The translations under genes and the position numbers were made by a program. The notes below the pieces were generated by a model. It worked only from the letters and a program-made list of their open reading frames with translations, had not been told where the DNA came from and made no database searches. From NCBI GenBank assembly GCA_964626735.1, contig CAZVIJ010000005.1, forward strand, positions 1-49,774: a stretch of DNA of 49,774 nt, written 5' to 3'. The DNA comes from an uncultured Candidatus Saccharibacteria bacterium (GTDB lineage Bacteria > Patescibacteriota > Dojkabacteria > JAOAGR01). Positions 18,495 through 27,544 of this stretch are shown here, one piece after another; positions within the stretch are counted from its first letter, which is position 1, and the number at the start of each line of letters is the position of its first letter.

Positions 18495-19118
18495 CTATCG
18501 GCGCAAGTTCGAAAGGAGCGCCTTGATTAGATACACGTTTATCAACACCGGTATGACGGCAATAACGTACATGAAATTCTTCGTGACGAAGCTGACGTAT
18601 CCGACTATGAACAAGATCGAAAGGAACATCCCGAGGTTCTTATTGAAATGATCGAAAATATTGAGGATAAACCGCTTTACGGAATCTACTAACGCGAAAT
18701 CGTATCGCGCGACGATCATCGAGGTGAAATAGAGCGTCAAGAAAATGTACGCAGCGGTTGAAATGGTGAATGCTGCGCGTTTCGTAAGGCTGCCTACGAG
18801 ATATACCATGCCGATCGTCGTGAACAAGTGGATGGTCAGCAGGAACACGAAAGCAAGCGAGAGAATGCGTGCCGGATTCTTCTTGATCAGCTGCTTGTAT
18901 GTCCAGTAAAAGAAAACATAGGAAACGATATACACGATAATAATTTGAATGACATTGACTCTGATGAACGCGCGTATGAAATACCACGTATTCGTATAGT
19001 ACTCGAGCACGACTATGAGCGAATTGAGTATTAAAAACGTCAGCCACAAGGTTAGCGAGTTTTTCGAAGGGCGAAAGTTCTTGAGCTTAGATAAGTTTGT
19101 TTTCAATTTGTTTAACAT
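18495..19118 (-). CDS. Polytopic membrane protein, unknown function
   Basis: About 6 hydrophobic segments. It overlaps the upstream gene's 3' end by 32 nt. Confidence 0.5.
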   Translation of the reverse strand: MLNKLKTNLSKLKNFRPSKNSLTLWLTFLILNSLIVVLEYYTNTWYFIRAFIRVNVIQIIIVYIVSYVFFYWTYKQLIKKNPARILSLAFVFLLTIHLFTTIGMVYLVGSLTKRAAFTISTAAYIFLTLYFTSMIVARYDFALVDSVKRFILNIFDHFNKNLGMFLSILFIVGYVSFVTKNFMYVIAVIPVLINVYLIKALLSNLRR

Positions 19119-20310
19119 AGTTAGTTGAGAAGAGTAATAACGCGAACACCAAGACGATCAAAAGCTGGATCCAGAAGAATTCGAAGAAGTAGAGGTATCC
19201 CATGAGCTGAGTTAGAACTACCATCGCCAGCAATCCCAGATAGTAAATCGGCTTTGTCCTGAACAAGGTCATGAGAAGCGTGGTACCGAGTATAAGGATG
19301 ACGCCACCGTTGATATCGATATTGAAAAGCTTAAACGCTGCGCATGCGACAACCAGGATCGCAAGCATATAGAGGAATTTCTTGATACTTGCATTTTTCA
19401 CCGTCAACCTATTGAGCGTAAATGCGCCCACCAAGAACAGAGCAAGCAGGCCTAAAAGCTTCAGGTATCCGAACCGAGGCTTGGTGATCTTCGTCTCCGC
19501 GAGCTTGTAGCCTAGATTGAAGGAGTCGGTGTTGAAGAAGGTCTGCACCTGGATGGCTTCGTCGGGGTCGGTGATTTGGTTGATCACCACATGGGTTACG
19601 GCTCCGTTGTCAGGGTTCGTAAGGAACGACGCGCTGTATTCTTTTCCTCCAACGAAAACCTGTAGCGGCGAGAACGACTTGCTGTTGATTAGCTTAAGCT
19701 TGTCAACCGAGGGGATTCCGATCGGCAGTCGAACCTCGTATTTTACGCCGCTTCCTCCTTGCTGCGCCGACTGCTGATCTTGCGCGACGTTAATATCGCT
19801 GATGCCGAAATCGCTACGCTTCAAACCGAGATCGGTTCCCTTCTTGTCGGATCCTGACGAGCCCGAGTCCGCTTGCGAAGTTGAGGGGTCTTGAACGACT
19901 ACCGAGAATTCGGAGTTGTTGGTTGTCATCACCGCGGTATTCTTATCGAAATTCCTTGGAGTAATTACCGTGAAGACTGCCTTACCGCCTACCTTATCGA
20001 GACGAATTTCGTAATTATTGCCGGCGAACGGCTGCACCCTGCGCGCTAACGTCTGTTGATCTTTGGAAACGACGTAATTCCAATCTTTGACCTTATCGAC
20101 ATCTACTACCGATTCGATTTTGTAGAGATACGATTCGCTGATGCCCGGGACAACTGCCTGTATATCCGACATTGAACGGTTTACCAAACTCGGATAGCTT
20201 TGGAATGAGTAGACGGATCCACGATACTGCCTTTGGAAGCTGGGGATCAAGTACAGAATGGAAGTTGCGAGAAGCAAGATTAAAGCAAGTCTTATTAGGT
20301 ATCGTTTCAT
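19087..20310 (-). CDS. Membrane protein: N-terminal anchor, ~270-aa extracytoplasmic domain, C-terminal multi-TM bundle
   Basis: N-terminus MKRYLIRLALILLLATSILYLIP. The C-terminal third is a run of hydrophobic helices. No known motif. Confidence 0.55.
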   Translation of the reverse strand: MKRYLIRLALILLLATSILYLIPSFQRQYRGSVYSFQSYPSLVNRSMSDIQAVVPGISESYLYKIESVVDVDKVKDWNYVVSKDQQTLARRVQPFAGNNYEIRLDKVGGKAVFTVITPRNFDKNTAVMTTNNSEFSVVVQDPSTSQADSGSSGSDKKGTDLGLKRSDFGISDINVAQDQQSAQQGGSGVKYEVRLPIGIPSVDKLKLINSKSFSPLQVFVGGKEYSASFLTNPDNGAVTHVVINQITDPDEAIQVQTFFNTDSFNLGYKLAETKITKPRFGYLKLLGLLALFLVGAFTLNRLTVKNASIKKFLYMLAILVVACAAFKLFNIDINGGVILILGTTLLMTLFRTKPIYYLGLLAMVVLTQLMGYLYFFEFFWIQLLIVLVFALLLFSTNYVKQIENKLI

Positions 20311-20353
20311 TCTTGGTTATTATAAGATAAAAATGCTAAAAGGCAAAAACAGC

Positions 20354-21010
20354 TTAAAACTTGAGCTTTAGCCTCGATTGGACATGTTCGTACACCAACT
20401 TCTTAAGGTACTCTTTGAAAAAACCGGGATCGAAGGTAACAAGCGGTAGATCTATCGTCTCCGGTTTTCGCGATTTGGAGATAACTCTATTTATTTCGGC
20501 AGCGTAATAAAATTGGTTCTCGGAAATCAACTCTCCCGAGTAGTAGCATGTCAGTTCCGTCTCTACGCCTATCAGATAGAGGATATTTTCGAGGAGCGTA
20601 TTGTAGGTTTTAAGCAGGTCGCCTCCGCGCTCCGCCTCGTCCAGGCCGGTCACGACCGACTCATACAGTTCCGGAGCCTCCAAGTCTTTCGCCACGACTC
20701 GCGCGATCGAGAGAATATCCGCATAGAAATTCATACCCTGCATCGTCTTGCTGCAGAACGAGTAAAGATGTTTCTTGATAAGCGTTATCTCGTTCGGGTA
20801 CTGTAAATTCTTTCCCGTCGAGTACGCCACTTCGACGACATGGCCGAGCTGCAGCACCCCGGAAAATCTGCTCTTAATTTTTTTGGCTCCCCGCGCGAAA
20901 AAGCCGAGCATCTTGCCTTCCTCGTTCAGCAAATCGAAAATAATGTCGTTTTCTCCGTATACGGTCTTCCTTAAAATGATCCCCTTGGTTTTTTGCCCGG
21001 ACACGCTCAT
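20354..21010 (-). CDS. recO: DNA repair protein RecO
   Basis: GIILRKTVYGENDIIFDLLNEEGKMLGFFARGAKKIKSRF matches the RecO N-terminal OB pattern. Its start overlaps the pgsA stop in an ATGA arrangement. Confidence 0.8.
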   Translation of the reverse strand: MSVSGQKTKGIILRKTVYGENDIIFDLLNEEGKMLGFFARGAKKIKSRFSGVLQLGHVVEVAYSTGKNLQYPNEITLIKKHLYSFCSKTMQGMNFYADILSIARVVAKDLEAPELYESVVTGLDEAERGGDLLKTYNTLLENILYLIGVETELTCYYSGELISENQFYYAAEINRVISKSRKPETIDLPLVTFDPGFFKEYLKKLVYEHVQSRLKLKF

Positions 21011-21723
21011 TTCTTTAGGAGAAAGTAAAGTATGGAAGCGGCAGTGAAGACGAGCGAAATATACAATAGAACGCTGCCGTAAAACGCAAGCTCTTGGGAC
21101 GACCTGCTGTTGGCTATGATGAAAAGCATCAATGCGATCACTTGAAGAAACATCTTAGCCTTTCCCATGATATTGGCCGAAATATCTCTCCCCTTCCTCA
21201 TCAGCGTTCCGCTTATGACGAGGGTCAAGATCTCCAACCCGACGACCATAAGCAGTAGTCCCGAACGGTTGAATTTAGGCAGCAGAAGCGTAGCCGTAAA
21301 AAAGAAAAGCAGCTTATCGGCGATCGGGTCGAGCACCTTGCCGAGGTCCGAAATCTGATTTCTTGTCCGGGCCATAGCCCCATCGATCATGTCGGTCGCG
21401 GCAAAGAAAAAAAAAACACCGAGCGGTATCGCGAAATATTAGATGTATGATATAAGAAACGCCGCGAATGGAGTCATGATAATCCTGAAGAACGAGACGT
21501 GGAGTGGCTTAATAACGTCCGGTATCGCCTTGAGCACGGTTTTGTCGAGGATTATATCTTGAGGATGAAGATGTGCTGTTTCCTGGTGTTCGATGTCGGC
21601 AACTTTCCGCTTCGATAGTACGCGCCATCCAGCGGCCGCACCTCCGAGAATTCCGGCGGCGACGGCAAAAATTGTTAGTTTCTTTTTCGTTTTCTTCTCC
21701 ACGTACTTGAATTTATTATACAC
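21007..21723 (-). pseudogene. pgsA: CDP-alcohol phosphatidyltransferase (PgsA-type) interrupted by a single in-frame TAA (21439-21441)
   Basis: Track ORFs 21439..21723 and 21007..21390 are in the same frame. Read through, the junction is ...FFRIIMTPFAAFLISYI*YFAIPLGVFFFFAATDMIDGAMARTRNQISDLGKVLDPIADK. This gives a complete D-x2-DG-x2-AR-x8-G-x3-D-x3-D motif whose first Asp lies upstream of the second ORF's ATG. Confidence 0.75.
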
Positions 21724-21770
21724 AACGGATTTTCCATTTGTAACTTGTACACTTTTGCTACAATACAGCT

Positions 21771-24692
21771 ATGGCCATTTTTAACATCAGCGATTCCTAT
21801 ACTCTCAAAGAGAAGCGAGAGATCCCCGAGATGCGGACTATCGCGCTGCTCTACGTGCACAAAAGAACGAAGGCTGAAGTACTTATCCTGGAAAACGACG
21901 ACGAAAACAAGACGTTCGGTATCATGTTCAAGACGCTTCCTTACAATTCGACAGGCGTCGCCCATATTATCGAGCATTCTGTATTGTGCGGATCCCAAAA
22001 GTATCCGGTAAAAGATCCCCTCGTCGAGCTGGTGAAGACTTCCGTTCAGACATTCATCAATGCCCTTACATCAGCCGATAAAACGTATTACCCCGTTGCG
22101 AGCCAGAACGAACAGGATCTGTATAACCTCGTGGACGTCTACCTCGATTCGGTCTTCCAGCCGCTGCTGACCGAATCGACTTTCAAACAAGAAGCGTGGC
22201 ACCTCGAGCTGGATACTCCCGAAGCCGAACTGAAATACAAGGGGGTCGTCTTCAACGAAATGAAAGGCGCATACTCGAATACCGACCGTACGACGCTCGT
22301 CAAGACGTTCAACTCCATCTTCCCCGACAATGTCTACGGGTTCGATTACGGCGGCGACCCGGAAGAGATTCCCCAGCTTACCTATGACGAGTTCAAGAAG
22401 TTTTACGAAACGTATTACCATCCGTCGAACGCGAAAATTTACTTCTACGGAAACGGCGATACGGCACGGCATCTCGAAAAAGTGGATTCCTACCTCGCGA
22501 AATACGACGAGAAACACATCGACACGTCGATACCCGATCAGCAGCCGTTTGCTTCGCCTCGCGAATATCAATATACCTACCCGGTTACCGACGATACCGC
22601 GAACAAGCATATCAGCGTTGTCGGTTGGGGACTGCAGGAATACGAATCGTTCGCGGATATCTACGGCCTCGATATCTTGGAGTACATCCTCATAGGCTCG
22701 GAAGCATCACCGCTGAAGAAGGCGCTGCTGGAATCGGGACTTGGCGATGACATTACCGGCGTCGGCTTCTACCCATACCTTAAGCAGCATGTTTTCTCCG
22801 TAGGATTGAAAGGCGCCCAACAAGGCAGCCACCAGAAAATAATCGATCTCATCCTAGAAACGCTCAACGAACTCTCGAAAGGGCTTGATCATGACCTCAT
22901 CGAATCTGCAATCAATAAAGCAGAGTTCTTCTACCGGGAAGGCGACAGCGGGTCCTATCCCAAAGGCATATTCACCATGCAGCGCGCCTTCATCAACTGG
23001 AATCACGGAAAAAACCCAATCGACGTCCTCGAGTTCGATCGGGCTATCAAGAGAATCAGAGCCAAGGTCGATCAAGGCGAACAGTACTTCGAATCTCTTA
23101 TACAGAGGCATATGATTAATAATTCTTTCCGCGCCGATATCCATTTGCAGCCCGACACGACCATTATCGAGAAAAAATCCAATTCTGAAAAAGCTAAACT
23201 GCAAGCGATGCTCGAAAAACTGAACGAGTCCGATAAGCAGGCGCTTGTTGAAGAGACCGTCCAGTTGAAGCAGGAACAGGAAGTGAAGGAGCCCGAGGAG
23301 AATAGGAAAAAAATGCCTAAGCTCCATCTTTCCGATATCAACCGCAGCGCCCGCAAGATTCCTTCGCTCGTCGTACGCGAAAAGGAAAATCTCGTGATAC
23401 TCTCTCACGATCTTGAAACGAACGGTATCGCATACGTCAACTTCGGGTTTTCTCTCGAGAATTTCCCCGAGCGGTTACTTCCCTACCTTCCCGTCATCGT
23501 GGGCAACCTTTTCAAGTTGGGTACCAAGTCAAAAACATACGAAGCTCTCGCGCTCGAGATCGATCGCTATACGGGAGGGCTAACAAGCTCGCTGTACGCG
23601 AATAACGCCTATTTCAACAGAGATACCTTGATTTTCAAGGTCTTCGTCGACGGCAAAGTGTTGTTTGAGAATATCGGTAGATTGCTCTCGCTCGTCAAGG
23701 AAGTCGTGCACGATATCGATTTCGATCAGAAACAACGCCTCTCGCAGCTATTGAAAGAAGAAAAGGCGCAACTCGAATCGGAAATACTGAGCTCAGGCGC
23801 ATCGTACGCGATGACCCGATCATGCGCCTACTTCAGCGATGCCGCGAAAATTGGCGAAATCACCGAGGGGATCGAGCATTACTTGTTCATTAAGGAACTA
23901 ATCGAGACGATCGACTCCGATTGGGATTCGGTGCTAGATGCGTTGCGCGAGACGTATACAACGATGTTTTCAGGGCAACAAGTGCTCGTGAATCTCACGT
24001 GTCCCCAAGACAACAACGAGCAATTCATCACCGCGTTCGATCAAATCTTCGAAATCCCGAAGAGCAACACCTTGCACGGCCAACTCAAAAATATCTCACT
24101 CGACTTTTCGAACGAGGCGTTCGTAATCCCCAATTCGGTCAACGAGATGTCCCAAACGTTCCAGATGACGAAATCTTCTTCGGAGTTGCCCGGATGCTAT
24201 ACGCTCGTTATGAAACAGCTGTACACCGACTATCTTTGGACAAACGTTCGAGTCCTCGGGGGAGCGTACGGTGGAAGCGGCAGCTATGGAATCTATTCCG
24301 GTTTGATGAGTTTCGCATCGTGGCGAGATCCGAACATAGCCAAGACCTTCGCGACCTTTAACGGCGCAGCCGATTACCTCAAGAATATTGAGATTGACGC
24401 TGATGAGCTCGAGGGAGTCATAATCGGCGCAACAGGCTCTCTCGACAAGTACTTGAGCCCCAGCCAAAAAGGCTGGCTTTCCCTCGAATGGTATATGACC
24501 GGGCTGAGCGACGAAGAGCGTCAGCGCTTGCGCGACGAGCTGCTCCGCACAACTGTCGAGGACATTCGCAACTTCGGGAACCTGCTCGCACCCAAGAGCC
24601 CCCGGATACAAACAATCGTCGGTAACAAAGAAGCCATCGAGATTGCAAACAGGGAATCACAAAATAAATACAAAATTATAAACTTACTCTAA
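21771..24692 (+). CDS. M16C-family (PreP/falcilysin-like) zinc metallopeptidase
   Basis: 973 aa. Inverted zinc motif HxxEH in GVAHIIEHSVLCGSQKYP. The size and layout match presequence-protease-like insulinases. Confidence 0.85.
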   Translation: MAIFNISDSYTLKEKREIPEMRTIALLYVHKRTKAEVLILENDDENKTFGIMFKTLPYNSTGVAHIIEHSVLCGSQKYPVKDPLVELVKTSVQTFINALTSADKTYYPVASQNEQDLYNLVDVYLDSVFQPLLTESTFKQEAWHLELDTPEAELKYKGVVFNEMKGAYSNTDRTTLVKTFNSIFPDNVYGFDYGGDPEEIPQLTYDEFKKFYETYYHPSNAKIYFYGNGDTARHLEKVDSYLAKYDEKHIDTSIPDQQPFASPREYQYTYPVTDDTANKHISVVGWGLQEYESFADIYGLDILEYILIGSEASPLKKALLESGLGDDITGVGFYPYLKQHVFSVGLKGAQQGSHQKIIDLILETLNELSKGLDHDLIESAINKAEFFYREGDSGSYPKGIFTMQRAFINWNHGKNPIDVLEFDRAIKRIRAKVDQGEQYFESLIQRHMINNSFRADIHLQPDTTIIEKKSNSEKAKLQAMLEKLNESDKQALVEETVQLKQEQEVKEPEENRKKMPKLHLSDINRSARKIPSLVVREKENLVILSHDLETNGIAYVNFGFSLENFPERLLPYLPVIVGNLFKLGTKSKTYEALALEIDRYTGGLTSSLYANNAYFNRDTLIFKVFVDGKVLFENIGRLLSLVKEVVHDIDFDQKQRLSQLLKEEKAQLESEILSSGASYAMTRSCAYFSDAAKIGEITEGIEHYLFIKELIETIDSDWDSVLDALRETYTTMFSGQQVLVNLTCPQDNNEQFITAFDQIFEIPKSNTLHGQLKNISLDFSNEAFVIPNSVNEMSQTFQMTKSSSELPGCYTLVMKQLYTDYLWTNVRVLGGAYGGSGSYGIYSGLMSFASWRDPNIAKTFATFNGAADYLKNIEIDADELEGVIIGATGSLDKYLSPSQKGWLSLEWYMTGLSDEERQRLRDELLRTTVEDIRNFGNLLAPKSPRIQTIVGNKEAIEIANRESQNKYKIINLL

Positions 24693-26500
24693 TGACTAAA
24701 CCTACAATCAAATACACCGAGTGGAATTTCTCGCTCATGTTCGATGGCGATAACGACCCCAAGCTTGAAGAATCGCAAAAGGAGGCGACACGCCAAGTCG
24801 ATAGCTTTGCGGAGAAATGGAACGAGAGAACCGATTACCTGGAAGATCCCGAGGCGCTGCTCGAGGCCCTGAACGATTACGAGCTGCTTATGAGAAACTA
24901 CGGCCCAGGCGGACACGCGCACTTCTATTTCATGTTGCGGGTGGAACAAGACCAAACCGACTCAGACATAAAGGCGAAGTTCAATAAGGCCGATTCGCTT
25001 GCACGTGATAACGCGAATAAATTGCAATTCTTCACCGTGAGGCTCTCGAAAGTCGACGAAGATCGTCAAGCGCAGTTCCTTTCGGATAAACGCCTTTCCG
25101 ACTATCGCCATTATTTGGAAACGCTCTTTGAGCGCGCCCAGTACCTGTTGAGCGAAAGCGAGGAAAAAATCCTGATGCTCAAAGCCCAGCCGGCGTACGA
25201 AAATTGGGAACGCATGACGCAGACGTTCTTGTCGCGAGAGGAGCGGGAAATTCTCGACGAAAGCGGATCTAAGAAATTGAAGTCTTTTTCTGAAATAATG
25301 GGCTTGCTCAATTCAAAGAATAAAGAAGTCCGGGACGGGGCCGCAGATGCCCTCAACGATATTCTCGTGAAAATAAGGGACATAGCCGTTGAGGAGATCA
25401 ACTCCCTGCTACTCGACAAGAAGATCGACGATACGCTTCGCGGGCAGGATCGCCCCGAACTTTCCCGCCTGCTCGACGACGATATCAAGCCTGAGGTTCT
25501 CGATACGCTACTTGATACCGTCACCAAACGGTTCAGCATCGCCCAGGACTACTACGCCCTCAAGGCACGACTCATGGGCGTCGAAAAGCTCGGATACCAT
25601 GAACGGAATGTACCGTACGGAACGGTGGAGGAGAAGTATACCTTCGAGCAGGCGTACGATTTGACCCATCGAGTATTTTCTCAGCTTGACCCTAAGTTCG
25701 TCTCGATACTCGAAGACTACTTGGAGAACGGCAAAATCGATATCTATCCCCGCAAAGGAAAGCGAGGCGGTGCATTCGCGGTTCTTAACCTATTGTCCGA
25801 ACCGGGATACGTTATGCTCAACCATAACGATACCCTAAACGATACCCTCACGCTTGCACACGAAATGGGACATGCGATTCACCACGAGTTGATTCGAGAG
25901 AACCAAAATTCGCTAAACGCCATAATCGGTTTCGCAGTAGCAGAAGTAGCCAGCAACTTCATGGAAGACTTTCTCCTCGATGAGATTTTGAAATCGGCCG
26001 ATGATGAGGCGAGACTTTCGATCATGATGTCAAAGTTAAATGATGATGTCTCTTCCATCATACGCCAATTGGCTTGCATCAAGTTCGAGCAGGAGCTCCA
26101 CGCTTCATTCAGGGATAAAGGCTATCTGTCCGGTGATGAGATCGGCGAGATATTCCAAAAGCACATGAAGAGCTATATGGGACCAGCGGTCGATTACCCG
26201 GAAGGTTCGAAGAATTGGTGGGTTTATTGGGGACATATCAGGAGATACTTCTACAACTACTCGTATTCGTTCAGCCTTATGGTTTCAAAATCGCTTCAGT
26301 CATCGGTACGGAAAAATCCCGAATTTATCGAGAACGTCAAGGAAATATTTAAAGCCGGAAGTTCGCTTGCTCCAATCGAGATGTTCGCGAACGTCGGTAT
26401 CGATATCGAAGACGGTTCGTTCTGGGATAAGGCTCTCGACGAGGTTGAGAGTTTATTGAAGGAGACTGAAGCTCTCGCCAAGAAATTGGGCAAGATTTAG
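24692..26500 (+). CDS. pepF: M3B oligoendopeptidase F
   Basis: 602 aa. HEXXH in TLAHEMGHAIHHE. The start overlaps the M16 stop (TAATG). Confidence 0.85.
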   Translation: MTKPTIKYTEWNFSLMFDGDNDPKLEESQKEATRQVDSFAEKWNERTDYLEDPEALLEALNDYELLMRNYGPGGHAHFYFMLRVEQDQTDSDIKAKFNKADSLARDNANKLQFFTVRLSKVDEDRQAQFLSDKRLSDYRHYLETLFERAQYLLSESEEKILMLKAQPAYENWERMTQTFLSREEREILDESGSKKLKSFSEIMGLLNSKNKEVRDGAADALNDILVKIRDIAVEEINSLLLDKKIDDTLRGQDRPELSRLLDDDIKPEVLDTLLDTVTKRFSIAQDYYALKARLMGVEKLGYHERNVPYGTVEEKYTFEQAYDLTHRVFSQLDPKFVSILEDYLENGKIDIYPRKGKRGGAFAVLNLLSEPGYVMLNHNDTLNDTLTLAHEMGHAIHHELIRENQNSLNAIIGFAVAEVASNFMEDFLLDEILKSADDEARLSIMMSKLNDDVSSIIRQLACIKFEQELHASFRDKGYLSGDEIGEIFQKHMKSYMGPAVDYPEGSKNWWVYWGHIRRYFYNYSYSFSLMVSKSLQSSVRKNPEFIENVKEIFKAGSSLAPIEMFANVGIDIEDGSFWDKALDEVESLLKETEALAKKLGKI

Positions 26501-26525
26501 TCGAAGTCGTGTATAATCAACCACG

Positions 26526-26996
26526 ATGGCTGCCGGAACTGGTTCTACAAATTCGATCCACATCTCCTACGGGAGATTCGGTGATCTTATGCTGAACGAT
26601 CGTGATGGATCCGATCCCGTATTTCAAATCTCCATTACAGGAATACCCAGGATGGTAGTAGCCCGTCCTATTCATGAGCTAGAATTGCAACGCAAGTATC
26701 CACATGCGCCGCTTCTCGGTCCCGATTACGCCATTCAAGCGTTGATGCCCTATTTGAATCGTTATTCAAACATCCCGGGGTTCTACACGACAGGTGACTG
26801 TTCAACAGCCTCAAACTTCGTTACCGCAATTATGAATGATCCCCGCGTGCTTAGCGTTAATGGCGATCCATCAAAGCAAGTACGCGTCATAAACGATGGC
26901 AATGTCGATTTGAGAATCGAGGAGCGTATCGCGGAATCGGCCCGATGGGCTACCGATATGGTACAGCAAACGATATACTACATCAGCCATCAATGA
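26526..26996 (+). CDS. Hypothetical cytoplasmic protein
   Basis: 156 aa with no signal peptide or known motif. Its stop overlaps the ruvX start (ATGA at 26993-26996). Confidence 0.5.
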   Translation: MAAGTGSTNSIHISYGRFGDLMLNDRDGSDPVFQISITGIPRMVVARPIHELELQRKYPHAPLLGPDYAIQALMPYLNRYSNIPGFYTTGDCSTASNFVTAIMNDPRVLSVNGDPSKQVRVINDGNVDLRIEERIAESARWATDMVQQTIYYISHQ

Positions 26997-27544
26997 TCTT
27001 AGCGCTCGATTACGGTGAAAAAAGAATAGGAGTTGCTATTTCCGACGAGTCGGAAACGTTTGCCAAGCCGCTCGACTTGATACCGAACAAATCCGAGGTG
27101 AAGAAAATATTTGCGAAAGATTTCCCCAAAGGAACTTCACAGCAGGAAATAACAGATGCGAGAAGAGCCGCGAAGCGCGAAAGCAAAGTTGAATTCAGGA
27201 AAGTCTGTAATAGGCTGCTGTACCTAATCAATTGCTACTACCCCGATACGATCGTTTTCGGTATGCCGACGGTGGTCGATCAAGATAGCGGTGAAATTAA
27301 GCATGGCGCTCAAGCGCTTAAGGTTCAGCAATTTATAAAGAAGTTCGAAACTTTCTTGAAACAGAATAAAATCGTCTGCGCGATCGAAACGTTCGATGAG
27401 TCGCTAACCAGCCGTATTGCAGAACAGCAGTTGAGGGAGATGGGGCACGGTTCCAAATCGATCAAGGAATTAATCGATAGCCAAAGTGCAAAAATTATAC
27501 TTGAAGATTTCTTGGCTCACCGGAAATCACAGCCTGTCCAGTAG
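26993..27544 (+). CDS. ruvX: Holliday-junction resolvase-like RuvX/YqgF, with an internal ~35-aa insertion
   Basis: MILALDYGEKRIGVAISDE is the YqgF signature, and DESLTS/IDSQSAKIILEDFL lies near the C-terminus. I use the ATG at 26993, in frame with track ORF 26945, because the upstream extension is the C-terminus of the previous gene read in another frame. Confidence 0.75.
   Translation: MILALDYGEKRIGVAISDESETFAKPLDLIPNKSEVKKIFAKDFPKGTSQQEITDARRAAKRESKVEFRKVCNRLLYLINCYYPDTIVFGMPTVVDQDSGEIKHGAQALKVQQFIKKFETFLKQNKIVCAIETFDESLTSRIAEQQLREMGHGSKSIKELIDSQSAKIILEDFLAHRKSQPVQ

Noticed and set aside
21439-21441. The idea that TAA is reassigned to a sense codon (alternative genetic code), which would explain the interrupted pgsA.
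   Set aside because: TAA terminates leuS (15797-15799), ssb, the M16 peptidase and the mini-ORF at 37609. Each ends at a position consistent with normal protein length and is followed by a terminator. TGA and TAG also behave as stops.
27527-27544. Convergent 3' overlaps without terminators (ruvX/antiporter by 18 nt; DUF72/PL7 lyase by 4 nt at 45124-45127), considered as possible antisense-regulation sites.
   Set aside because: Short convergent overlaps are common in compact genomes. Nothing in the sequence indicates a dedicated regulatory element.
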